64,000 nucleotides of DNA from Ophelia neglecta (Eukaryota), in contig OZ260666.1 of NCBI GenBank assembly GCA_965285935.1, forward strand, positions 52,266,001-52,330,000, read 5' to 3'. A program made the translations under genes and the position numbers. The notes beneath the pieces were generated by a model. It was not told the origin of the DNA, did no database searches, and saw only the letters and a list, made by a program, of their open reading frames with translations. Below are positions 14,095-26,010 of this stretch, one piece after another; position 1 is the stretch's first letter, and each line of letters begins with the position of its first letter.

Positions 14095-16920
14095 TGGATG
14101 TATCTTCCAGGAGTTTGTATCCCCCAGGAGTATGTATCCACCAGGAGTATGTAACCTCAGGAGTATGTACCCTCCATGAGTATGTATCCACCAGGAGTAT
14201 GTACCCTCAGGAGTATGTATCCAGCAGAAGTATGTACCCTCAGGAGTATGTATCCTCCATGAGTATGTACCCTCAGGAGTATGTATCCTCCAGGAGTATG
14301 TACCCCCAGGAGTATGTATCCTCCAGGAGTATGTATCCCCCAGGAGTATGTATCCTCCAGGAGTATGTATCCTCAGGAGTATGTATCCTCAGGAGTATGT
14401 ATCCTCCAGGAGTATGTACCCCCAGGAGTATGTATCCTCCAGGAGTATGTATCCCCCAGGAGTATGTATCCTCCAGGAGTATGTACCCCCAGGAGTATGT
14501 ATCCTCAGGAGTATGTATCCACCAGTAGTATGTACCCTCAGGAGTATGTTTATGTATCCTCCAGGAGTATGTTCCCTAAAGAGTATGTTTCCTCCAGGAG
14601 TATGTTTATGTATCCTCCAGGAGTATGTACCCTCAGGAGTATGTACCCCCAGGAGTATGTACCCTCAGGAGTATGTATCCTCCAGGAGTATGTACCCTCA
14701 GGAGTATGTACCCCCAGGAGTATGTACCCTCAGGAGTATGTATCCTCCAGGAGTATGTACCCCCAGGAGTATGTACCCTCAGGAGTATGTACCCTCAGGA
14801 GTATGTACCCCCAGGAGTATGTACCCCCAGGAGTATGTATCCTCCAGGAGTATGTATCCCCCAGGAGTATGTATCCTCCAGGAGTATGTACCCCCAGGAG
14901 TATGTATCCTCAGGAGTATGTATCCACCAGTAGTATGTACCCTCAGGAGTATGTACCCCCAGGAGTATGTATCCTCAGGAGTATGTATCCACCAGTAGTA
15001 TGTACCCTCAGGAGTATGTATCCTCCAGGAGTATGTATCCTCCAGGAGTATGTATCCTCAGGAGTATGTATCCACCAGTAGTATGTACCCTCAGGAGTAT
15101 GTTTATGTATCCTCCAGGAGTATGTACCCTCAGGAGTATGTACCCCCAGGAGTATGTATCCTCCATGAGTATGTACCCTCAGGAGTATGTATCCTCCAGG
15201 AGTATGTACCCCCAGGAGTATGTATCCTCCAGGAGTATGTATCCCCCAGGAGTATGTATCCTCCAGGAGTATGTATCCTCAGGAGTATGTATCCTCAGGA
15301 GTATGTATCCTCCAGGAGTATGTACCCCCAGGAGTATGTATCCTCCAGGAGTATGTATCCCCCAGGAGTATGTATCCTCCAGGAGTATGTACCCCCAGGA
15401 GTATGTATCCTCAGGAGTATGTATCCACCAGTAGTATGTACCCTCAGGAGTATGTTTATGTATCCTTCAGGAGTATGTTCCCTAAAGAGTATGTTTCCTC
15501 CAGGAGTATGTTTATGTATCCTCCAGGAGTATGTACCCTCAGGAGTATGTACCCCCAGGAGTATGTACCCCCAGGAGTATGTACCCTCAAGAGTATGTAT
15601 CCTCCAGGAGTATGTACCCCCAGGAGTATGTATCCTCCAGGAGTATGTATCCTCCAGGAGTATGTACCCCCAGGAGTATGTATCCTCAGGAGTATGTATC
15701 CACCAGTAGTATGTACCCTCAGGAGTATGTACCCCCAGGAGTATGTACCCTCAGGAGTATGTATCCTCCAGGAGTATGTATCCCCCAGGAGTATGTATCC
15801 TCCAGGAGTATGTACCCCCAGGAGTATGTATCCTCAGGAGTATGTATCCACCAGTAGTATGTACCCTCAGGAGTATGTTTATGTATCCTCCAGGAGTATG
15901 TTCCCTAAAGAGTATGTTTCCTCCAGGAGTATGTTTATGTATCCTCCAGGAGTATGTACCCTCAGGAGTATGTACCCCCAGGAGTATGTACCCTCAGGAG
16001 TATGTATCCTCCAGGAGTATGTATCCTCCAGGAGTATGTACCCCCAGGAGTATGTATCCTCCAGGAGTATGTTTATGTATCCTCCAGGAGTATGTTCCCT
16101 AAAGAGTATGTTTCCTCCAGGAGTATGTTTATGTATCCTCCAGGAGTATGTACCCTCAGGAGTATGTACCCCCAGGAGTATGTACCCTCAGGAGTATGTA
16201 TCCTCCAGGAGTATGTATCCCCCAGGAGTATGTACCCCCAGGAGTATGTACCCTCAGGAGTATGTATCCTCCAGGAGTATGTATCCCCCAGGAGTATGTA
16301 TCCTCCAGGAGTATGTACCCCCAGGAGTATGTATCCTCCAGGAGTATGTACCCTCAGGAGTATGTATCCTCCAGGAGTATGTACCCCCAGGAGTATGTAT
16401 CCTCCAGGAGTATGTACCCCCAGGAGTATGTATCCTCCAGGAGTATGTACCCTCAGGAGTATGTATCCTCCAGGAGTATGTACCCCCAGGAGTATGTATC
16501 ATCCAGGAGTATGTTTATGTATCCTCCAGGAGTATGTACCCTCAGGAGTATGTATCCTCCAGGAGTATGTTTATGTATCCTCCAGGAGTATGTACCCTCA
16601 GGAGTATGTACCCCCAGGAGTATGTACCCCCAGGAGTATGTATCCTCCAGGAGTATGTATCCTCCAGGAGTATGTACCCCCAGGAGTATTTACCCTCAGA
16701 AGTATGTACCCTCAGGAGTATGTATCCTCCAGGAGTATGTACCCCCAGGAGTATGTATCCTCCAGGAGTATGTACCCCCAGGAGTATGTATCCTCCAGGA
16801 GTATGTACCCCCAGGAGTATGTATCCTCCAGGAGTATGTACCCCCAGGAGTATGTACCCCCAGGAGTATGTATCCTCCAGGAGTATGTACCCTCAGGAGT
16901 ATGTACCCTCAGGAGTATTT
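14095..16920. repeat. About 2.8 kb satellite of mixed 16/17-bp units CAGGAGTATGTA(CCCC/CCCT/TCCT/TCCTC/TCCCC)
   Basis: Direct reading; variant blocks recur (e.g. a 906-bp offset between 14281 and 15187). Confidence 0.97.
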
Positions 16921-19900
16921 AGTTTTTTTTCATATGTGAGTATTCTATACAGGAATAGTGGTGTGTCTAAGAGTATTACACAGACATCCATTTATTTAGT
17001 CCAGCCTCATCCTCCAGTAGTTGAGGGATAGCCAGTAGTATTTCTATAGAGTATCCCCAGGTTTATCTTTAGGGTGAGTATCTTAAGATACTTGTCTTGT
17101 TCACCTAATAGAGTTCTTAGCAATGATATCCTTGGATGAACAAGTACATGTATGTATTTCCTGTGATTTCCTGGCAGGTCGTCCTCATTTCTTGCCAGCT
17201 GACTGGATGATAATGAAAATCAGCTGCTCTTACTGGCAAATAGCCCCCTCAGTTCTCTTGTTTACATACAAACATGCTAGCTATTTCTCCCATGTGGATA
17301 TGATAGAACAGCCTTTACGTGTGCTATGAAGAGCGCTATATGTACCAGGCAGGGAGTGTCCATTTCTCTCCTCTGGCCCCCTCCTCCCCCAGGTATACAA
17401 GTGATACTGTAGACATTTTGCTGCCTCGGTGGGTGTTTTTCGTGATTCCCACCTAACCTGTAAATAGAGGTCAAGTGAGATGTGTTGGGCATGTGACTGG
17501 AGACTTTACCAAGGTGTGCCCCGTAATCCTAAGTTAACAGCCTTTTACCTTCATCAGATTGTCAAACACCATGGCTCCAGTCAGGGACAGGCAGATCCCA
17601 CGCCACAATCATTAATAGAATGGCACATGTCTATTGATGTTCCTTTGCAGTCTTTTAGCACTGAGTATCAAGATCAATTGTGGGTCAGTATTTACATAAT
17701 AAGGCATGCCAATCGTGCAGTTTTGATGTCCAGAGTTGTTTGACTTTGCTGGTTCATAGGACAAACATTAAAGTCTCAGGCAGAGTTTGGCTACAAACTT
17801 TGGACTGGCATAAGCATTTGTGTAGTAGACAGGATCTTTTGTTCAGTGTTAGTAGACTAATGAGGTATATATAGATGAGACCACCTAGTCTTAAGTTTGT
17901 CATTAACAGTGTTTACCAGTCACCCCCTGTGTGGCCTCTAATACTCTCCCATCCAGGTAGTGGAAGTGGAGGGACACAGGGCCCTGTCTCTCCTCACACC
18001 TTATTGACTTCCTACCCTATGACCTGGGGTTGAACTTAATGGCTTACTCAATTTGTACAGTGGTGTGATCCCACTCAGCACCTCCTCACAACATGCCCTG
18101 ACAGCGTCTTCCCATCATCACATAATGTAGGGGCCAGTATGAACCAGTGTCACATCCTTACGGCTTGCCAGACACTTGGGAACTGCTCTCCAGCTGGAAA
18201 TAAGATTACCAGTAAGTTATATATTTAAACCAGGATGAATTCAAGCATAATGGGCTGTAGATAGACATTAAATATGATAGATAAGTACATTTATATGAAC
18301 ATGTAAGTTATGTGATTTTCATAAGAACACTTTAGAAAGCTGTCAGATCAGATGCAGATCATTTTATGGCTTCTCCACACAAGCTTATAAAAGGTGAATG
18401 CTGGCACAAAGCCCACAATTCAGCGCTAAAGTAAAATTTGTTGATTCTTGTAATCTGAAGCTATTTTCATTCACTTGTGTAGTTTTATTTGCTTCTGGTG
18501 ACAAAAACTATTATGGCAGCAGAACTGTGACTTAGCAGAATGACCCTGTCAAAACAAGTGTCTGGTAACCGGATTGAAAAAGACTCTCCGGAATCCATTG
18601 AAATAAAAAAGGTGAATACACTCACTTGGATGGCCAAGGTTTATTGAGCACAAAATAAACTGGTTAGGGAGCCTAATTCAGTTAGAAAGCCCACTCCAAA
18701 TTACGATAGCCCTGCCACAAGTTAAGTTGTCTGCAGTTGGCACTTTACCATGGTACCATTTACTGCTGATTCTGCAATACAACTGTTGAGATACTAGGTT
18801 TATGGACAATTCAACCTTTCTGAGATAATAAAGTATATTTCCCTTGTGACTTAACAAAAATCGTTAGCATGTGCTTATGAAGGTTTCAACTCATGCTGAC
18901 AACAATAACAAATGCTCCATGCTTTTCTATAATGCAGCACTTTTAGCCCTCTGGAGCAAAGTGGCTAAGGAATTCAAAGGTTGACCAGTGATGGCATTAA
19001 ACTCTAAATATTACCCTTGAAATAAAACCATCACCAGTAAATGAATTGATTGGTATGTATTGACTGCCACTTTAAATTTTGCAGAAACATTATATGAGAA
19101 TTCATTATTATTAAAGTGGAAAATAACATATTTGAATTTTCAACCAAGGCCATCTTTATGGGAAGAATTACGGTTTGAACACCTAATATGATAAGATGAA
19201 AGCAGCAGTTATGGTTTGGGTAGTATGAATGAAAATTTTGTTCGAATTGCATTGTCTCAACCTAATGTAGTCATAAAGGAAAAGTGATTGGATGGGGCAA
19301 GCCTCATTCAAATCGGTGTTCTGCCCATTGTCCCCGATCTTTTAGCCATCCCATTGCTATAAAAACCAGATTTCTTTTGCTACGAGTGGCATTCTTCGGA
19401 GGAAATGCCACTAAGTAGATTGAGTTCAGGGCCTAGGCTTATGTCCCAAAACTCTCCCCTACTTGAACAATATTCTTGAGATGTATTTAGGAACAAAACA
19501 GCCTGCACTCTTTGTGTAATGTGTGGGCGATGGTGATTTGAAATAAAACATTGGTACAAACATCTGGATTACAGCAGGAACATGTCCAAAGTGCACACAT
19601 CCTTGTGTACTGGCTATGTTCAAGTTGAAATATAATCATGAGTAATTAGTTTAACTGGCCAGAACTGTACATACAAGAGCTAAATTTCACAAAATTATAA
19701 TATGACAGTGATAGTTATTATTAGGCATTAGTGTTTGTGTTTTTTTTATTGATATTTTACAAATCCCCCAAAAATAAAAATTAGACAGCATGCAAAACTG
19801 TGCATTCCTATAGTAACTTGAAAGGTGTGGTTGTAAAGGCATTCATAGTTTCACAGAAGCATCATGTGTCCTGCTGGTTTAACATATCTCCTTCCTGATT

Positions 19901-19954
19901 GCCATTGCTATATAGCCTAAGGCCTAGAAGCTCCTAGGGTTTGAATCTTCATTT

Positions 19955-20955
19955 GGATGCCTAGAGCAGTGGCCTTCCCATGGAGAGCCAAATCACTGGT
20001 TAGCAGACTCCAGGAGCAAATGGCCTTTCCATGGAGAGCCAAATCACTGGTTAGCAGACTCCAGGAGCAAATGGCCTTTCCATGGAGAGCCAAGTCACTG
20101 CAGTGCAGACTACTGGAACAGTGGCCTTCCCATGAAGAACCAAGCCACTGGACTGCTGCCTACTGGAACAGTGGCCTTCCCATGCAGAGCAAAGTCACTC
20201 AACTGGAGACCCCTGGAGCAGTGGCCTTCCCATGAAGAGCCAAGCCACTGGACTGCAGACCCCTGGAGCAGTAGCTAACCTGTGAAGAGCCAAGCCACCT
20301 GAAAAGCCAAGCCATCATACAGCAGACCCTAGGAGCAGGGGCCTCCCATGGGTGGCCAAGCCCCTTCCCATGGATAGCCAATGAGTCACTGGACAACATA
20401 CTCCTGGAGTAGTGGCCTTCCGATGGAGAGCCAAGCCACTGGACAGCAGAATCCTAGAGAGGCAAGCCACTGGCCAGCAGATTCCTCCAACTGTAGTCTG
20501 CCCATGGGGAGTAAAGCCACGGGATAGCAGACTCCAGGAGCAGTGGCCTTGCCATGGAGAGCCAAGCCACTGGCCAGCAGATTCCTCCAACTGTAGTCTG
20601 CCCATGGGGAGTAAAGCCACTGGCCAGCAGACCCCAGGAGCAGTGGCCTTGCCATGGGGAGCCAAGCCACTGGCCAGCAGACTCCAGGAGCAGTGGCCTT
20701 GCCATGGAGAGCCAAGCCACTGGCCAGCAGACTCCAGGAGCAGTGGCCTTGCCATGGGGAGCCAAGCCACTGGCCAGCAGACTCCAGGAGCAGTGGCCTT
20801 GCCATGGAGAGCCAAGCCACTGGCCAGCAGACTCCAGGAGCAGTGGCCTTGCCATGGAGTAGTGGCCTTGCAATGGGGAGCCAAGCCACTGGCCAGCAGA
20901 CTCCAGGAGCAGTGGCCTTGCCATAGAGAGCCAACCCACTGGCCAGCAGATTCCT
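19955..20955. repeat. 50-bp minisatellite (ggagagccaagccactggccagcagactccaggagcagtggccttgccat)
   Basis: About 19 copies; degenerate 51-bp-like copies on the left, homogeneous on the right. Confidence 0.95.
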
Positions 20956-23296
20956 GAAACAGGGCCCATCTTTATTAGAAGGATTTCCATGAATTACAAT
21001 AAATTAATGTCGCTATAACAGTATTCAATGTGCATTTCTAATGATCAAGCCAATTGCATTCCTATGTCCCAGTTTGGATGGGGCATGTCCCCTTCATTAA
21101 TGGGAAAGGAAATGCATTCTGCCACAGAATTGCATCTGGTCATGCACTTGTCATTGCTCTGTAGTCCTGGTAGTGTGTGTTGTGGGTGGGTGTTGTGGTG
21201 CACTGGAATTGAACACCAATGGTAGATTAGGTATCCATTACAGTAGCATTCACCAAACAGCTGCCTGTCTAATGGTGCTGGGTACTCTTTGATCTTAACA
21301 TATTGATTTAATTATCCAGCACAGTCTCTCAAATGTCTTTGTTTTAAATTGGTTCCTAGTCATCATTGATTCATGTGACACTGGCCCAGAGCCTGGTTTT
21401 ATAACTTTTGTGTTCACAAATGCTGAGGGGATCCCCCTGCCTCTGAAATTTCCTCTCTGATTAAGATGCCTGATTGCAGAGTAAATAATTTTACTGGATA
21501 ATCCAGCAGTTTTTGGCGATATTTTTTTGCTGCATTTGTATTGGATGTAAAATAATAGCAGGCACTTTAAAGCAGCTGTTAAGGGTAAAAAGTATGTCCA
21601 TATGCTTGTATTACGAATTGATCAGACCATGAAGACACAAGCCGTCCCTTGTTCTGTATATATCATGCACAAGCCACTGGGTTTATTTTCTTATGTCTTC
21701 TCAATGTAAGCCTAGTGAGAGATGAAATATTAACTGGATAACAGTGGTGTGTGTTAGTAACCTTTGCTTGCCCATGAGATAGATTCCCCGAGTCTCACCC
21801 CTGGGGTTACTGTATTTCCTTACACACACACACACCCTGACCTTAGCCTCTCTCTTCTGACCTCACACTCTATGCCCTGCCCTCCCTCTGACTAAATCTG
21901 CCAACATTACCCTGGCCCCAATCACTTACATCAGTGTCTATCATGAGGACCCCACACCAAAGAAATGACTAAGATAGCCACATTCCCCTGATCTGGCCGC
22001 AGTGATTGATGATATATTCGATATTACTTCCATTCAATTTGATTATTGAGGAACCAAAACCATTGGCCATCAGTGCTTTGTGATCTGCCGTTAGTATTAT
22101 GGTATGGCCTGGAATTGAACTGTGAGTCAGTTTACCACAGTATGATATGCCAGGTATCTCCAGTGTTCCCCATCAGTCAAGGAGCCCCCAATACAATCAA
22201 ACTGAGATACAATATCAGTCCATTGTAGTCCATGTCCTATGTACACAAGTGGAAACAAACATTTAAGGCCTGGAAAATAAATGTTAGTTTCTGCCATTCA
22301 AGACAGTCACTTTGCTGCCTGCACATCAATATACTTAGGCCATGTATTTCTCAAAATGCTGATTTGAAAATATAATTTGTCTGCAATTTGCTTTAGTTTG
22401 ATAATTAAATATTATCTTTCAGCCTAAAATCAAAAGTTGTTTAGTTGAAAATAGTGTGAACATTCAGTAGGTTAATCAATTTATCCTTTTGTCCACTGTA
22501 CTTGTAGAGTTTTCATCATAATAAACTAGATCAAAAAAAAGAAATTCCAAAAAAAGCTGCACGCTTGCTCCACTTGTACTAAAGTCAAACTACTAAAAAC
22601 TAATACCTTATTTTTTGGGTCTAATCTGACCCTTAGGTAAGATCATTCTCATGTACTGTATGCATATCATGAGCTTAATGATTGCCTCTGCAGTTATTCA
22701 GTACTAGATTAAAGGCAAGTTTTTGAAGAATGGTCATCAAAGGAAGGCAGTATTTGTTATTAAAATTAAATAAATGCATACAATTGAGCACTGATACGTG
22801 AACATGTACAAGTGAATCATCAATAACAGAATACAAAATTGAACCGCACTGTCCTAAATGAAAAACTTATACATGTACATGTACATTGTATCACATTGAA
22901 ATAATGTGACAATATAAAGGACACCAGCCTGATTTAGCTGTAGGTTTGCATGCTTCATGTGAGCAGAAAATAAGACATTTACTATCACTTAAGGAAAAAA
23001 CTGCTCAAAAGGAAAGTACAGCAGTTAATGTAAACTTTTATCAGGGGTAAAAGATATTTACCAGAATCCAAATTAAGAGTCTGGTGTAAGATGATAGTCA
23101 TTCTAATTTGTCCTTTATAACTATCATATATTCTTGTAGAATTTGACTACTTTGTATGTGAGAAAATAGGTTATAGAATACAAGTTTTTTGGCCAATAAA
23201 CTATTGTACTGTGGTGAAATGTATTGCTTTACATGCCATAAACTTTAGATAAGGAGCCGCCTTTACTTATGAAATGTAATATTTCTGTGTTTTCAG

Positions 23297-23488
23297 AACA
23301 CAATAACCAATGCAGACAAGTTGTTAGTGGCTGCTGAGGAACTGGCCCAGACTGGAGAATGCGACCCACAGGAGATCTACAGCGAGGCTCACCAGCTGGA
23401 GGAGAGAATGAACAGCTTCATCGCTCGAGTCGAACGCAGGCGCAATCTCCTGGACATGTCTGTCGCCTTTTACACTCACACTAAAGAG
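23297..23488 (+). CDS. TRIO: Trio exon A (spectrin repeat): NTITNADKLLVAAEELAQTGECDPQE...LLDMSVAFYTHTKE
   Basis: tttcag|AAC ... GAG|gttagt; 192 nt, phase 0/0. The donor is the first of 16 tandem copies. Confidence 0.92.
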
Positions 23489-24350
23489 GTTAGTAGTATC
23501 AATCTCCTGGACATGTCTGACGCCTTTAACACTCACACTAAAGAGGTTGGTAGTATCAATCTCCTGGACATGTCTGTCGCTTTTTACACTCACACTAAAG
23601 AGGTTAGTAGTATCAATCTCCTGGACATGTCTGACGCCTTTTACACTCACACTAAAGAGGTTAGTAGTATCAATCTCCTGGACATGTCTGACGCCTTTTA
23701 CACTCACACTAAAGAGGTTAGTAGTATTAATCTCCTGGACATGTCTGACGCCTTTTACACTCACACTAAAGAGGTTAGTAGTATCAATCTCCTGGACATG
23801 TCTGTTGCATTTTACACTCACACTAAAGAGGTTAGTAGTATCAATCTCCTGGACATGTCTGACGCCTTTAACACTCACACTAAAGAGGTTAGTAGTATCA
23901 ATCTCCTGGACATGTCTGACGCCTTTTACACTCACACTAAAGAGGTTAGTAGTATCAATCTCCTGGACATGTCTGACGCCTTTTACACTCACACTAAAGA
24001 GGTTAGTAGTATCAATCTCCTGGACATGTCTGACGCCTTTAACACTCACACTAAAGAGGTTAGTAGTATCAATCTCCTGGACATGTCTGACGCCTTTAAC
24101 ACTCACACTAAAGAGGTTAGTAGTATCAATCTCCTGGACATGTCTGACGCCTTTAACACTCACACTAAAGAGGTTAGTAGTATCAATCTCCTGGACATGT
24201 CTGACGCCTTTAACACTCACACTAAAGAGGTTAGTAGTATCAATCTCCTGGACATGTCTGACGCCTTTTACACTCACACTAAAGAGGTTAGTAGTATCAA
24301 TCTCCTGGACATGTCTGACGCCTTTAACACTCACACTAAAGAGGTGGGTA
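23443..24350 (+). repeat. 57-bp tandem array spanning the exon A 3' end and donor site (16 donor copies)
   Basis: Unit caatctcctggacatgtctgacgccttttacactcacactaaagag|gttagtagtat; GT at 23489+57n up to 24344. Confidence 0.97.
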
Positions 24351-25840
24351 GAATGACTAGATATTTAAACTTGGGGAATTGGTCAGGTACATATGATAAA
24401 ACAGGTTGATTATTAGCCAATCAGTCATATCATTCACATGTACCTTTTGCATGCAAATATCTGGGTGAAGGGCAGGTCAGGGTTTCTCAACCCAAGTTTG
24501 CAGCTGGTATATTGTACTTCTCCTCAGATATTTATTCAAATAATTACAAACAATATCATGTCATTCTCACATTCCATTGATTTTTTTTATTTAACAGGAT
24601 CAGAAACATTATAATGGCCACAAATAGGAAAATTAATTACATGTTATACCAAATAGTGTGATGATTTGAAACCCCTCCAACCACTATAAAGGGGTAGTAG
24701 TAGCATACCTTCTACCCCTTCATATAAATCCTGTATGTACATGTACTTAATGTGCAGCCATGTAAATGTATTAATTATATACAAAGTTCAATGAAAAAGT
24801 TATGCAACTGTGCCTAGAATTATTATTGTTTTCATGACATGACTATGGCGGTCTAATTCTTGACCTGAGAATAAGAGACAAATATTCAAACCATTGTGCT
24901 GATAAACTGTATTTTGAAGCTGGGAAAAGGTGTACCTTTGCATATCCAAGTTGATAGCCACTTGAGTTCATTTATAAGATAGATACCCTTATATTTTTTT
25001 ATTCCATTCACACTGACTAATAGTATTATTGTGCATTGATAAAAGAATATAATTTATATCAAAAAGGGATTTACCAAACACACATGCCATGTATTATTAA
25101 CACAGCCATTATTGTGTTCAGTATTATAGAGTACATTTTTTTAGTCTGATTATTACCAACTCAAATTAATTCAGTATTTATTAAGAAGTACAAGTACCCT
25201 GGATATGCCATTGGTGGACTGTACAGGGTTTTTCAACAAAATGGCCAATGTTTGCATTGTTGGAATGTGAAGTATTCAGGGAAAATAATCTGAAAACCAT
25301 TTAAATGTAAATGGTGAACATGCAATTGAATGCTGTGTGATTATTTCATGATAACCTTTACGTTAGGTCACTGGTTGTTTTATAATTGCACCTTTTTTCT
25401 GTAATTTTGCAATAGGGGTGTGAATAGTTAGATCAAGCTCATGCATATCAAATGGCCAGTGATGAACATTTATTGCAGGAAATTGACTGATTAATCTTTA
25501 TTTTAAGTCCAATTGTTCTGTGGTTGAGTGTTTTTTCCTGGTCAGATTTAGGCAAGTATGGAACACAAAGAGCACAATGAAATATTCTGAAATCATGAAA
25601 ACTGAGTGCTATAGAATTGAACATATTGGAAGCATATGCTCTCATCTTGTGTATATTCTTAACTTAATATTAAAACATTTAACATTTTTTGCAATACTGA
25701 CAGGATTATTTTCCGGAAGCCTGTGATTTGACGTCTGCTGCTGATAATGCTAGGTATAAGACATGCTCCAGTTTGTGATCTCTTAATATTTATCTACATA
25801 AATTCATGTGCAAAAAATAATGGCACCTTTTTCTCTGCAG

Positions 25841-26010
25841 TTGACCAATTGGTTTGAAGAGTTGAAGAGCGAGTTACAGAGTTCAGATATTGCAGACACT
25901 GTGGACGGGGCGGAAGGCCTTATAGCGCAGTTTAACCAGCAAAAAGAGGCGACCATCGACGCCAGCATTAACACCATCTCGGAGGGACAGAACTTACTGG
26001 ATCAACTCAG
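25841..26010 (+). CDS. TRIO: Trio exon B (spectrin): LTNWFEELKSELQ...EGQNLLDQLR
   Basis: ctctgcag|TTG ... AG|gtaaaa; 170 nt, phase 0/2. Confidence 0.92.

Noticed and set aside
14094-17031. Long ORFs (up to 614 aa) of RSMYPQEYVSS/PPGVC repeats
   Set aside because: By-product of a largely stop-free 16/17-bp satellite that is open in all three frames; no unique coding sequence or gene structure.
22263-22625. Possible TTAA-type MITE (ttaaggcctggaaaataaatgttagttt ... aaactaataccttattttttgggtctaa)
   Set aside because: Inverted ends are too degenerate and the TSD is not clear enough to call.
1-23296. Upstream Trio exons (Sec14, early spectrin repeats) or a nested gene
   Set aside because: No recognisable Trio-like peptide or credible multi-exon ORF found by eye; very small exons could have been missed.
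23443-24350. CRISPR-like regular array (also considered for the 54-, 50- and 37-bp arrays)
   Set aside because: Head-to-tail repeats with no unique spacers, no cas genes, and a eukaryotic intron context.
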